From NCBI GenBank assembly GCA_963662625.1, contig OY759726.1:1056001-1120000 (forward strand): 64,000 bases of DNA, in the 5' to 3' direction. Source of the stretch: Nitrosopumilus sp. GTDB lineage: Archaea; Thermoproteota; Nitrososphaeria; Nitrososphaerales; Nitrosopumilaceae. Shown here one piece after another: positions 1-10,144 of the stretch (the stretch's first letter is position 1; the number at the start of each line of letters is the position of its first letter). Position numbers and translations under genes: made by a program. The notes beneath the pieces are model-generated. The model saw only the letters and a list, made by a program, of their open reading frames with translations. It was not told where the DNA came from and ran no database searches.

Positions 1-1
1 G

Positions 2-403
2 GTCGCCCTCGACGACCGGCTGATCGAGCTCGACATGGGCAAGTTCACCGGGATGCCCTACGACGAGATCTTCACCAGCCACGGCAACGTCTTCCTAAAG
101 TTCTACAACGGCGAGCTGGAGATAGCGCACAACGGGGTGGAGACCTTCTCGGAGGTGAAAAAGCGCGTCCTGAGCATGGTGGGCCACGTCCTCGAGCGCC
201 ACCCGGGCGAGAACGTCGTGCTGGTGACCCACATGGACCCGATCAAGGCGATGCTGTCCACCGTGGTGGACCTGAGCCCCGGGAACCTCTTCGAGCTGAT
301 CCTCGCAAACGCGTCCCTCAACATATTCCGGGAGTCAGGGGGGCGGTTCACGGTATCGGGGCTCAACGTGATGCACCCCTCGCGCTTTGCCGGCGACTGG
401 TGA
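2..403 (+). CDS. Histidine phosphatase / phosphoglycerate mutase family protein, 5' partial
   Basis: Frame open from the window edge; LIELDMGKFTG, GVETFSEV..RV and VVLVTHMDPI match the C-terminal half of the His-phosphatase fold. Confidence 0.8.
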   Translation, partial: VALDDRLIELDMGKFTGMPYDEIFTSHGNVFLKFYNGELEIAHNGVETFSEVKKRVLSMVGHVLERHPGENVVLVTHMDPIKAMLSTVVDLSPGNLFELILANASLNIFRESGGRFTVSGLNVMHPSRFAGDW

Positions 404-453
404 TCGCGATCCCCCCAGCGCCGGGCAAATTCGCCGCGGCGTCTTGAAAACCC

Positions 454-460
454 TTAAATA
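454..460 (+). promoter_or_regulatory. Probable archaeal TATA box for the oxidase operon
   Basis: TTAAATA preceded by purine-rich GAAAA, about 30 nt before ATG 491. Confidence 0.55.
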
Positions 461-490
461 GAAATCAGAGATCACGAAGGTCAATCACCT

Positions 491-754
491 ATGAAAGGCA
501 CGCTCGGACTCCTCTCGTTGTTGGCAGTTGCGGTTATAGTTCCCGCAGCGGAATATGCGCTTGCCGCGGGCGACGAGCCCGGGGAGTACGTCGATCGCAG
601 GGTGCTTATATGGAACCTGTTCTTCAGGATGATGACCGTCGCGTTCACCGTCGGCGCTGTCGTCTCGGGTACGATCATCTGGCTGGTCCTCCGGTTCAGG
701 GAGTCGAATCCCAAGGCAAAGCCGACTCCGTACGAGAAGGAAGGGGTGTGGTAG
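491..754 (+). CDS. Small membrane protein resembling the N-terminal transmembrane part of heme-copper oxidase subunit II
   Basis: Signal-like N-terminus, one TM helix ending WLVLRFRES; first gene of the cox operon; in frame with the next ORF. Confidence 0.75.
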   Translation: MKGTLGLLSLLAVAVIVPAAEYALAAGDEPGEYVDRRVLIWNLFFRMMTVAFTVGAVVSGTIIWLVLRFRESNPKAKPTPYEKEGVW

Positions 755-757
755 GCG

Positions 758-1189
758 ACGGGACACCATTCCAACTGGCCCGAGTGGATCTACATCGGCA
801 TCGTGATCGCGCTGATGACGTGGGTGGGCGCCGAGGCCTGGAACGTGGAACGCATAGTGGAGCACGTCCCGGCGGACGCCGAGGTCATCAAGGTCACGGG
901 CCAGCAGTGGTTCTGGATGTTCGAGCACGAGGACGGGACCAAGGAGATAGGCGAGCTGCACCTCGACGCCGGAAAGGCGTACAAGTTCGAGGTGATGTCG
1001 ACGGACGTGATACACTCGTTCAACATACACGACTACGTGGTGCTGATGGACGCGGTGCCGGGCAGGGTGAACACGGTGTGGTTTGCGCCGGACCAGCCCG
1101 GCGAGCACGACATCCAGTGCAGGGAGTACTGCGGGCTGATTCACTACAACATGCGCGGAAAACTGATAGTGGAGGACCCGCTGTCTTGA
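758..1189 (+). CDS. coxB: Heme-copper oxidase subunit II (CuA cupredoxin domain); start uncertain (ACG 758 vs GTG 803)
   Basis: VTGQQWFW, DVIHSF, DAVPGR and CREYCGLIHYNM CuA motifs; coding-like frame extends back to the TAG at 752-754. Confidence 0.9.
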   Translation, partial: TGHHSNWPEWIYIGIVIALMTWVGAEAWNVERIVEHVPADAEVIKVTGQQWFWMFEHEDGTKEIGELHLDAGKAYKFEVMSTDVIHSFNIHDYVVLMDAVPGRVNTVWFAPDQPGEHDIQCREYCGLIHYNMRGKLIVEDPLS

Positions 1190-1238
1190 CCGCGCCTTCG
1201 CCACGACGGCCTGGAATCATGCGGGGGGCGCTCGACTG

Positions 1239-2765
1239 ATGGTGCTGGAACTGCAGAAGCCGCGCCCCATATGGCAGATCATGTTCTCCACGCACCACAC
1301 CGACGTGGGCCTGCTGTACCTCATATCGTCGCTGGCGTTCCTCTTCCTGGGCGGCACCCTGGCGCTGGCTATCAGGGCAGAGCTGTTCCTGCCAGGCGCG
1401 CAGATCATCGCCGATTCCATGACGTTCAACAGGATGTTCACGGTCCACGGGACCACACTCATCTTCCTGTTCATCATACCCTTCGCCTCCGCGGTGGGCA
1501 ACTACTTTGTCCCGATAATGGTCAGGTACAAGGACATGGCGTACCCGAAGCTGAACGCCATAGCCTTCTGGATGATCCCGCCCTCCGGGGCGCTCATCTG
1601 GCTGGGGTTTGCGGACTTTACGTGGTACGCCACCCCGCCCTACTCCATAATCAGCGCGCCGGGGCCGGCCGCCGACATGTGGATATTCGGGCTGAAGATC
1701 CTGGGGATCTCGTCCGTGCTGGGCGCCATCAACTTCGTCGTGACCATCCTGAAGTGCAAGCACCCCGACATGTCGATAGGGCAGGTCCCCCTGCTGGCGT
1801 GGTCCTTCCTGTCCTCGTCGCTGATAATCCTGGTCGCCATACCGACGTTCGCCGCGGCGCTCCTGATGCTCCTCACCGACAGGCTCGGGGTCAGCGGGTT
1901 CTTCAACCCCGCCATGGGAGGCGACCCGATAGCGTACGCGCACCTGTTCTGGTTCACGTTCCACCCGGAGGTCTACGTGCTCGTAATCCCGGCGATCGGG
2001 ATGATGTACGAGATAATACCGAGGTTCTCGAGGAAGCCGATCTTCAGCTACGGCTCCGGCGTGTTCGCGTTCGTGATGCTGTCGATCGTGGGCTTTTCGT
2101 CGTGGGCGCACCACATGTACGCCACCGGCATGTCCTTCACCGAGAAGACCGTCTTCATGGTCGGGACGCTGGCCGCGGTGCCCGCCTCCGCCATGCACGT
2201 CTTCAACTTCCTCGCTACGATGTGGAACGGCAGGATAAGGTTCTCCACCCCGATGATGTGGGCAGTCGGCGGGATCGCGCTCTTCTTCTCGGCAGGCGCC
2301 GGCGGCGTAGTGAACAGCGCGATGCCGCTGGACTTTTCGACCCACGACACCTACTGGGTCGTGGGGCACTTCCACCTGTTCGTGATGGGCACGATCGCCT
2401 TCGGATCCATCGCCTACCTCTACTACATGTTCCCGTACGTGACCGGGCGCATGTACAACGAGACCATGGGCAAGATACACTTCATACTGTCGTTCGTGGG
2501 CACCGTCATGGTGTTCTTCACCCAGCACGTGCTGGGCCTGTACGGGATGCCGAGGAGGATCTTCGACTACCCGCCAATACCCGAGTGGATCGCCATGAAC
2601 CAGATAGCGTCCGTCGGGGCCATGATAATCGGGGTGAGCATGGCGCTGTTCCTTGCAAACATGATCCACAGCTCCGCGAAGGGCGAGCCCGCCAACACGG
2701 ACGACCCGTTCGGGCTGGGGGGAAGGTACTACTACCCGTTCGAGGCGAAGAACCCGCACCACTAG
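1239..2765 (+). CDS. coxA: Heme-copper oxidase subunit I
   Basis: Multi-TM protein with HLFWFTFHPEVY, WAHHMY, HFH and GMPRR motifs. Confidence 0.97.
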   Translation: MVLELQKPRPIWQIMFSTHHTDVGLLYLISSLAFLFLGGTLALAIRAELFLPGAQIIADSMTFNRMFTVHGTTLIFLFIIPFASAVGNYFVPIMVRYKDMAYPKLNAIAFWMIPPSGALIWLGFADFTWYATPPYSIISAPGPAADMWIFGLKILGISSVLGAINFVVTILKCKHPDMSIGQVPLLAWSFLSSSLIILVAIPTFAAALLMLLTDRLGVSGFFNPAMGGDPIAYAHLFWFTFHPEVYVLVIPAIGMMYEIIPRFSRKPIFSYGSGVFAFVMLSIVGFSSWAHHMYATGMSFTEKTVFMVGTLAAVPASAMHVFNFLATMWNGRIRFSTPMMWAVGGIALFFSAGAGGVVNSAMPLDFSTHDTYWVVGHFHLFVMGTIAFGSIAYLYYMFPYVTGRMYNETMGKIHFILSFVGTVMVFFTQHVLGLYGMPRRIFDYPPIPEWIAMNQIASVGAMIIGVSMALFLANMIHSSAKGEPANTDDPFGLGGRYYYPFEAKNPHH

Positions 2766-2777
2766 GAGGAGGATGAG

Positions 2778-3743
2778 TTGAGCCAGGAGACCGAAACTTA
2801 CTACAGGACGACCCCCGCCAGGACGGGGAAGATGATGGCGATCATGCTGGGCATCTGCATCGCCGGCGGCGCGATCTTCTTCGCGATGTGGGACTACTGG
2901 ATCTCCGAGCCCGCCCCGGTGGTCGCCATGATGGCGGCCGACACGGGAGCGGCCGAGGAGCAGGCAGAGGCGACGGGAAAGACGATCAACAGCGACCTGG
3001 TGTTCATCGAGTCGTCCGACTTCCTCATAATGTCGTTCAACGCGCTGCCCGGCGAGGAGGGCGCCAACCCCACCATCAACGCAAGCGTCGGTGACTCGAT
3101 AGTCTTCAACGTGGCCAACGGCGGCATATCGTTCCACGCGTTCGGCATCACGAGGGACTCCGAGGGCGACAAGGGCATAATCCCCGGGAGCGAGATCGGC
3201 AGCCCCAACCAGCCGCTGAAGGGCGGGGAATCCGGGACGGTCACGTTCGTGCCAGGGAGCGAGGGGACGTACTACTACATCTGCACCGTCCCGGGACACA
3301 GGATGCAGGGGATGGAGGGCCAGATAGTGGTGGGCCCCGCGGAAGGCGGGGGCGCGCCCGCCGAGGCGGCGCCGCCGACCGGCGTGTCCCTTGACCTCGT
3401 GCTCGACTTCGTCGAGTCCGACGACATCCTGACGCTCGGGTTCAACGCGCTGCCCGGAGAGGAGGGCAGCAACCCGGAGATCCGCGTGAACTCCGGCGAC
3501 GAGGTCACCGTCACCTCGACCAACACGGGCAAGTCGTTCCACGCGTTCGGCGTCGTGGCGGACCCGGAGGACTTTAACAACGTAATATGGGACTCGGCGA
3601 TCGCCGCCCCGACCAACCCGCTGAGGCCCGGCGAGAGCGGCACGGCGACGTTCCTGGCCGGCGCCCCCGGGACGTACTACTACATATGCACCGTCCCGGG
3701 CCACGCGCTGCAGGGCATGCAGGGAAGCTTCATCGTAGAGTAG
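2778..3743 (+). CDS. Membrane-anchored blue (type 1) copper protein with two cupredoxin domains
   Basis: N-terminal TM; two copies of FHAFG...YYYICTVPGH..QGM.G. Confidence 0.9.
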   Translation: MSQETETYYRTTPARTGKMMAIMLGICIAGGAIFFAMWDYWISEPAPVVAMMAADTGAAEEQAEATGKTINSDLVFIESSDFLIMSFNALPGEEGANPTINASVGDSIVFNVANGGISFHAFGITRDSEGDKGIIPGSEIGSPNQPLKGGESGTVTFVPGSEGTYYYICTVPGHRMQGMEGQIVVGPAEGGGAPAEAAPPTGVSLDLVLDFVESDDILTLGFNALPGEEGSNPEIRVNSGDEVTVTSTNTGKSFHAFGVVADPEDFNNVIWDSAIAAPTNPLRPGESGTATFLAGAPGTYYYICTVPGHALQGMQGSFIVE

Positions 3744-3745
3744 TT

Positions 3746-4189
3746 TTGGCGATCCAGTACCTAGCACTAGCGACCATGGTCGTGCTGTACTCCCTGATGT
3801 TCATCGGGGGGTACATATCCGCGGCCGGGCTCGGGCTGACGTGCCCGGAGTGGCCGCTGTGCCCCAACGGGCTGATGCCCTCAGAGGAATACCTGATAGA
3901 GTGGATCCACAGGCTGGTGGCTGCCACCACCGGGGCGCTCGTGATCGCCACGATGGTCGCAAGCCTGCTCAACAAGAACGCCGACGGGAAGATCAAGATC
4001 ACGAGCTCGCTGGCGACGGTGTTCGTGATCACGCAGATAACGCTCGGCGCGCTGGTGATCGACCTGAAGCTGCACGCAGTGCTGGTCGCGATACACCTGG
4101 GGATCGGGATACTGCTGTTTGCCATGGTGCTGCTGACGACGCTGTTCGCGTTCAGGGTGGCAAGGGTGGCGCCGCGCCCTAGGGCCTAG
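3746..4189 (+). CDS. ctaA: Heme A synthase (COX15/CtaA) family protein, short form
   Basis: GLGLTCPEWPLC, EWIHRL and AIHLG motifs; TTG start just after the preceding stop. Confidence 0.85.
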   Translation: MAIQYLALATMVVLYSLMFIGGYISAAGLGLTCPEWPLCPNGLMPSEEYLIEWIHRLVAATTGALVIATMVASLLNKNADGKIKITSSLATVFVITQITLGALVIDLKLHAVLVAIHLGIGILLFAMVLLTTLFAFRVARVAPRPRA

Positions 4190-4691
4190 GCCCCCTGAGC
4201 CTGGGAAGGTAGATGTACCCCATCACGCCGGCGAAGCACAGTGCCCCGACGGTGATCGCCACGATGAAGATGTAGCCGAACGGGCTCTGCGTGCCCATGT
4301 TGAACTTGTACTCCAGCGGCGCGAGGCTGCCGTCCATGTCGTACAGGATCACCTCCACTATGTGGTTACCCTGGTTCCTCCAGGTGTAGTCGAACTCCCA
4401 GTGGGCGCCCGAGTGCGACTTTGGGGGGACCGCGTCGACCTGCTGGCCGTTGTAGAAGAACCTGATCCCCATGGTGAACCTGTCCACCTCCTCAAAGTCC
4501 TCGTCCGTGACCCTCACCATGAACAGGGAGGGCTCCCCGATCTGGGGGAATTCGGGGGCCGTGGCCACCTGGACCCTGTACCCGCCGTGGAACTTCTCGG
4601 CTGAGTTGAACATGGAGTGGGCGTGGGCCTCGCAGGCCGCTGGCGACAGGGCCAGGAGCACCACCACCACCACGGACGATCGCGCCTTCAT
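4179..4691 (-). CDS. Hypothetical exported protein with C-terminal membrane anchor
   Basis: Signal peptide ending AHAHS, Ig-like beta-rich middle, C-terminal TM; GC3-rich codons. Confidence 0.7.
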   Translation of the reverse strand: MKARSSVVVVVLLALSPAACEAHAHSMFNSAEKFHGGYRVQVATAPEFPQIGEPSLFMVRVTDEDFEEVDRFTMGIRFFYNGQQVDAVPPKSHSGAHWEFDYTWRNQGNHIVEVILYDMDGSLAPLEYKFNMGTQSPFGYIFIVAITVGALCFAGVMGYIYLPRLRGPRP

Positions 4692-4809
4692 CTCTGGTTG
4701 TTGGGCAACCCCGACGAATATAGCGTTAACCTGCGGCGCGCCGATCCCTGCCCGATCGGGGCCCAAATCTTCAAAACCTTTAAATCATGATTGGCAAGAA
4801 ACTGATCCG

Positions 4810-5403
4810 TTGACAGTAGTCACGAAGTCCATAGACATCAAGACGCCCGTGGAGAACGTTTTCACATATTTTGCGAGGCCCGAGCACGTCTCCGACCAGA
4901 TCAAGAGCGACGCCGTGGGCATGGCAGTGGTACCGATGGACATCAAGGACGGGATGGGGGTAGGCACCACGTTCAGGGTGATCGGGGACTTTAACGGGAA
5001 GCGCCTGGAATGGGACTGCGAGACGACCGAGTTCGACAGGAACGAGAGGATCTCCGCGAGGCAGATAGACGGCCCGTTCAAGAGGTGGCAGATAACCAAC
5101 GAGTTCAAGCCGCTGGGCGAGAACCTGACCCGGGTCACGATGTCGGTGGACTACGAGATGCCGTTTGGCCCGCTAGGCGCCATCATGGACAAGGCCAAGT
5201 TCGCAAAGTCCGCGGAGCGCGGGATGGAGACCGCGCTGTACAACGTCAGGGGCCTGCTGGAAGGCAACGGCTCGATCCCCGTGTACATCACGCTGGACGC
5301 GTACAGGAAGCTGCTGGCCGAAAAGAAGAAGATGAACGTGCCGGTATCCACCGCGCTCACCGCCATACTGGAAAAATACAGCGAGATCGAGGCAAAGGCC
5401 TGA
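4810..5403 (+). CDS. SRPBCC/START (polyketide cyclase-like) family protein
   Basis: SIDIKTPVENVF..., GPFKRWQ, TRVTMSVDYEMPFGPLG; TTG start downstream of TTTAAA. Confidence 0.8.
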   Translation: MTVVTKSIDIKTPVENVFTYFARPEHVSDQIKSDAVGMAVVPMDIKDGMGVGTTFRVIGDFNGKRLEWDCETTEFDRNERISARQIDGPFKRWQITNEFKPLGENLTRVTMSVDYEMPFGPLGAIMDKAKFAKSAERGMETALYNVRGLLEGNGSIPVYITLDAYRKLLAEKKKMNVPVSTALTAILEKYSEIEAKA

Positions 5404-5456
5404 CCCCGCAGCGTGATCTTAAGGTTAATAACAACAGTCAGCCATGCTAAACTTGC

Positions 5457-5530
5457 GGGTCTATGGCGCAGCCAGGTAGCGCACAGGACTCTTAATCCTG
5501 CTGTCAAGGGTTCGAATCCCTTTAGACCCG
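5457..5530 (+). tRNA. tRNA-Lys (CTT)
   Basis: Acceptor stem GGGTCTA/TAGACCC; anticodon arm CAGGA-CT-CTT-AA-TCCTG; GGTTCGAATCC T-arm. Confidence 0.95.
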
Positions 5531-5699
5531 CTCCCACCAATGGCACCCACCCGCGGCGCGGCCACTACGTCCGGCACCGTCCTGCAAACGCGCTCTGCCA
5601 GGCGCCCAACAAGATTGTGGCCCCCACGCGCCGCCTGTAGTATATGTAAAGTCGGTCCGCTAACCATCTGTGTCCACCTCCATCCATCTCGGGCTGCTC

Positions 5700-5810
5700 T
5701 CACTGATCGTGCCCTGGCATTCTTGTCATGGAAGGCCTTCATCGGGGTCTGGCAGTTGCCGGTGTCCGGGGAGAAGCGCAACCTGTCCCAGTTGCAGTAC
5801 CCGACGCACT
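5700..5810 (-). pseudogene. Probable remnant of an IS481/IS3-type transposase C-terminus
   Basis: Minus strand reads CVGYCNWDRLRFSPDTGNCQTPMKAF, resembling the integrase-core end motif YYNxxRxHxSL...TP. Confidence 0.45.
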
Positions 5811-6325
5811 AGGACGTGCTCCCGTGGCGTAGTATCCGTGATTAAAATGGGATCAGGCACGGTGCACCAAGTTTCCTGCACGACTGCATTGGGTGGATGC
5901 AGGCATCGATCTTGGCCATGCTTGGCAACGGGGAGGCCAGGGCCATCAAGATGGTCCAATATTTAACACCGTCACTGCGCCATGTCCCGTGTGGGTTTCC
6001 ACGTATTGAATCTTTTGGTCGGGATTGTTGTCCAAGTTGTGATCCAACATCAATCGCGTATACTACGCACCCTGCCCGAATGCCTGAGGACGTCCCACGC
6101 AGGGCTTGACGTTATGAAGTACACCAGCAGGAAGCCCTTGGTGCTCAAGAACTTTTGAGCGTTGCTATAGGTTGTTGCCAACGGGGACGGTGCGCGGCCG
6201 TGATCCAAGGACTTTTCGGTTTGGCATGGCTGGGCCGGTGGTTCAACTGTTTGGACCCGGCAATTTCTGGCAGTTGTGCAACAGGCTACAAAGCTGGGTT
6301 TCCTTATATTGTGCCAGTGGCAGGC

Positions 6326-7402
6326 ATGAACATGGTAAAAAGCTGCATAGGGATAGACACTACAAACTATTTCAGGCAAGCCAGTAAGCCGTTTCAGGCA
6401 CCCATTGGGGTGGGGCTTGAGGTTGAAGACTATGACGTGTTTACGAGCAAATACGACTCAGTTGTCGAGGAGTTGAAGAAGACACATGACATCTCCACGA
6501 ATAGGAAATGTATCAAAAGCCATTATGTCTATGAAAAAAACCCGTCTTCTGCAAGGCAGTTCATAGCTGATTTTACAAAAAGACTCATGCCACACGTAAA
6601 AACAGTCTTTGTGTCACATACCATACTCAACTCCCAAAAAACACCCAGAATTCAATACTACAGGGGAAGGATGGCTGTAACCCCCAGCGAATTCGTTTTA
6701 CATCTACAGAGTTATTACCCGCATGTTCTGGCATGGAAGATACTTTCTACCCTTCCTGACAGGAGGAACTCCGTGTTTATGCTGGATCACTTTACTGGAC
6801 ATATCACAAAGGCGTGGGAGCAGATCGAGAATGAAAACATTTTGATCTACCCATCAGGAGAGTACTGCAACCCACTGATCTCATCTGCCGACTTTGTGTC
6901 CAAGTACATAAGCGATTTCATCCACCTTAACAAGACAAGGTTGGAATTCGGATCTATTTCCAAGGCGCTTGGGCAGTTTGGCGTGGAGGAGATCAGTAGG
7001 AACCGCGGTAGCCCCATGCAAGAGCAAAGCACCAAAACAGAACTCTTGCAGTATTTTATCTACGACCTGTCCATGATCACCCCCCATGAGAAAAGGGCCA
7101 TAGATGTCGGCAGGAAGATCAAGCATCCGATATATTTTCTGCTGACTGGAAAGAAATTCAATCGCGAGGCCGAGGCGTTAAAACATACCGTATACTTCGA
7201 CATTGTGGCCAACCGCGCTTGCGGCGATCGGGGTTCCATACGCGCCGTAAATGTGGATGAAATGCCAAACGAGCTAAAAGTCATGCGAGACGGCGACAAG
7301 ATCATTGCGTTTGGCGGCGACTCCCTTGACCTGGCAAATTATCTAGTCAACGACTTTAGCGGCCTGAAGGTCGAGGTGGTTCCCAGCAGGAACTTGAAAT
7401 GA
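6326..7402 (+). CDS. Low-GC hypothetical protein, possibly RNase H-like (DUF3800-like)
   Basis: Long intact AT-richer ORF; N-terminal CIGID strand and NPLISSADFVS resembling the DUF3800 xxQxADxxA motif; start at ATG 6326 or 6332. Confidence 0.55.
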   Translation: MNMVKSCIGIDTTNYFRQASKPFQAPIGVGLEVEDYDVFTSKYDSVVEELKKTHDISTNRKCIKSHYVYEKNPSSARQFIADFTKRLMPHVKTVFVSHTILNSQKTPRIQYYRGRMAVTPSEFVLHLQSYYPHVLAWKILSTLPDRRNSVFMLDHFTGHITKAWEQIENENILIYPSGEYCNPLISSADFVSKYISDFIHLNKTRLEFGSISKALGQFGVEEISRNRGSPMQEQSTKTELLQYFIYDLSMITPHEKRAIDVGRKIKHPIYFLLTGKKFNREAEALKHTVYFDIVANRACGDRGSIRAVNVDEMPNELKVMRDGDKIIAFGGDSLDLANYLVNDFSGLKVEVVPSRNLK

Positions 7403-7459
7403 ACTGCCTTTAGCGCGGCGGGATTCAAGCGCCCGGGGTGTAGTTTGTTGAACACATGA

Positions 7460-8847
7460 TAACCACCCAGGCGTAGTTGCCCCGATGGACCGGCCCCTGG
7501 TAGCGCGTGGGCCTAGCGCCCTTTCTGTTGAATGGGGCAACCCGGGCTGCCGTGTCACTGGGCTTCGCGCCCTGATGGGCGTGTGCGGCCTCCGATCCGT
7601 CAGACATCCGAAAGGAGGTGATAGGAAAGGATGAGAAAGACAAGCATAGGGACAGGCATGGGGAAGAGAAAGTGCGACGCGTGCGTGGCGGGCGGGAACG
7701 GGAAGGTTCCCGGGAGGGGGCAGTACCCCGACACCCGGGACGGCGCGGCGAAGTTCGCAGGGGCGATGGCGCGCAGGCATGCCTGGGCGGCGGCCCCTGC
7801 AGGGCCGCCCGCGAGACGACTGGCAACATGCGGGACAGGACGTCTGGCGCCTCCGGGGCGACCGGGACCGGCATCAAACTGGCCAACACGCACAGGATGG
7901 CCCTGATAGCCAGGACCGCCAAGAAGACCGACATGGTGGACGCCGAGAAGATAGCGCAGGTGCCGGGAACGGGCATGATACCGGAGCGCTGCGTCCCCCC
8001 GGGCCACACCAGGGGGATACGCGCGATGGCCGGGCATAGGGTGAGGCTGGCCCGGGACAGGACGCGCGTGACAAGCCGCGCCCGCAGCCTCCCGGGCCGC
8101 CACGACATCCAAATGGACGCCTCCACCATGCACTCCGAAAAGGCCCTGGGGCAGCCGGAGTCCGCGGGGCCGGGCTCCGTGTGCGACGGGGCGGTGCTGG
8201 TCCAGTGCGCCCGGCAGGCGGGGCACCTGACGGAGGAGATCTCCGTGACGGAGGGGCTCCCCGGGACGGGGGCCGCCCACAACGGTGACGCGAGGCTGCC
8301 GGCCGGCACGGCCGGCGTCGGCACGCTCGCCGCGGTGCTGATGGCCCCAGGGATGGGGGACGTCCCCGGGTTCAGGGGGCCAAGGCAGATGGCGTCGTGG
8401 GCCGGGCTGTGCCCGGCCGCATGCCAGTCGGGGAACCGGCTGCACGCGGGGAGGATCAAGAAGATCGACTCCAGCAGCCTGGCTAGCCGGGCCACGTGCG
8501 AGGCCGCGGACGTGGCAGTGCGGCACGACGCCAGGATGGAGGCCGTGTACGCGTCCGCGCGCCGGAGGCACGCGGACATGCACGGGCCGGCCATAATCGT
8601 GGTGGCCCACAAGATGGTCACCATAATGTGGCACATGCTGACCACCAAGACACCCTACGAGTCCCGCAACGAGAGGCTGTACCGGCGCAAGCTGGCCAGG
8701 ACGGGTAAGGCGCGCCGGGGTTGACCCCCCCGTTGCCCGCATCCCGGATCGTCTTGCCAGCGCTAGCCATGAATCCCATGCCATGCAACCCAGGCACGGA
8801 TCGGAAAAGCCGTGGGATGCATTGCGGCAACTACGCCTGGGTGGTTA
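7460..8847 (+). mobile_element. IS110-family element bounded by 22-bp inverted repeats
   Basis: TAACCACCCAGGCGTAGTTGCC at 7460-7481 and its exact reverse complement at 8826-8847, enclosing a transposase gene. Confidence 0.8.
7631..8724 (+). pseudogene. IS110-family (DEDD) transposase, frameshifted and degenerate
   Basis: SD-like AGGAGGTG then ATG 7631 (MRKTSIGTGMGK, eroded GID motif); frame changes near 7780-7800; KTDMVDA, GVG, SWAGLCP...QSG and VAHKMV motifs. Confidence 0.88.
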
Positions 8848-9090
8848 ACATAGGTGCGCAACCATGCCTGAACCCGTCTTTGTGGGGTTGTTTTTCGTGC
8901 CTGAAAACCGAGTTGCGCAACAAGCTACTTGGGGGGGAAACTATACCTGAAATGTGGGTTGTGCAAGAGCACAACGCACTATATTTGTAGTCTATGAGCA
9001 TGACTCCTAGTCGAAGCCGTGCCCTATACACCATATGTATTATTGGGTATATATACGGTCTGTTACATACTAGGTATGAGGTCACCACCC

Positions 9091-10040
9091 CTACACTATC
9101 TTGGATACCTCGCCTGACAGGGATTTCCCGTGCCTCTCCCACATGATCATGCACGTCATGAAGTGGGACCACCTGTCCCTCCAGGGCTTCCCTCCCTTGA
9201 TCTGGCCGCTTATCTTTCGGGACGCCACCACGTGCCGCAGGCCGCGCCCGGGGGCGCTGTCCGTGGGCCCCGCCCCCCTGTGCCCCGGGAACGTGAACAG
9301 GCGGGGCAGCGGCGCCTGCAGCCTGCCCGCCAGGGGGGCAGGCGCGGTGCCCCCGGCGTCCCCGTGCCCGAACGGCAGCCTGCGCATCCCAGACTCGAAG
9401 GCGCGGCGCAGGCGCGCCGAGTGCCTGCCCGAGGCGGCGGCCGCCGGCGCCCCCTTCCTCTCCGCGGCGCGCCGCAGCTCCCGCAGCCCGTGGGACCGGC
9501 ACGGCCGGTGGCGCCCGCCCGGGCCTGACCTCCCGTACGCGGAGGGCCTGCCGGACGTGACGATCCCGCGGTACCCGCCCGCGTGCCTGCCTGGCACCCG
9601 CGGCCCCCTGCTCCGGCCGTGCACGATCACGGCGTTCCTGCCGGACCGGGTGACCCGCGCCCGCCCGCCCTCTCCCGCCAGGTTGGCGCGCGTCTCGTCG
9701 GCCCCGGCATTCTTGGACCTCCTGGCGCGGCCCACGATGTCCCGGAACTGCCCGCGCATCGCGCCGCGGGTGTGCCCCGTCACGTTTATCGCGGTCGATT
9801 TCGCGATCCTCACCCCCGTGATCTCCCGCACGGCCCCCGCCATCTTCCCGAACGGGACGGCCGCGTGGCGCAGCGCGGCCACCGCGGCCACCGTGTTCTT
9901 GCCGTAGCTCCCGCGCGCAGGGAGGCCGCTTGGCGCCACGTGCTCCCTGCTGCACTTGGGGCACGCGGCGGTCTGGACGGCGTGGCGCGTCTCCGTCACC
10001 ACCACCTCAAAGTCCAGGATGTCCCGCGTGACGGGCCCAG
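9091..10040 (-). pseudogene. IS66-family transposase, degenerate and N-terminally truncated
   Basis: CPKC zinc-finger remnant, ADET, HRPCRSH (HQxCWAH), PTDSAPGRGLR (PTNNxxERxLR), RKISG. Confidence 0.82.
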
Positions 10041-10144
10041 TAGTTGAAAATGTACCCCGCGGGGCGCCGGCCAGCATGTTTTGACACGATCCGTGAACGT
10101 TTTGGACAGAAAAGCCAATTGATCAGGCGCCCCTGTCATCCCTT

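Noticed and set aside
752-754. Pyrrolysine decoding of the UAG
   Set aside because: No pyl genes in the window and many ordinary genes here end in TAG; only generic readthrough or ACG initiation is retained as a hypothesis
1020-3767. 915-aa minus-strand ORF and the many similar long overlapping ORFs in the track
   Set aside because: Antisense or off-frame shadows of high-GC3 genes, with no recognisable motifs
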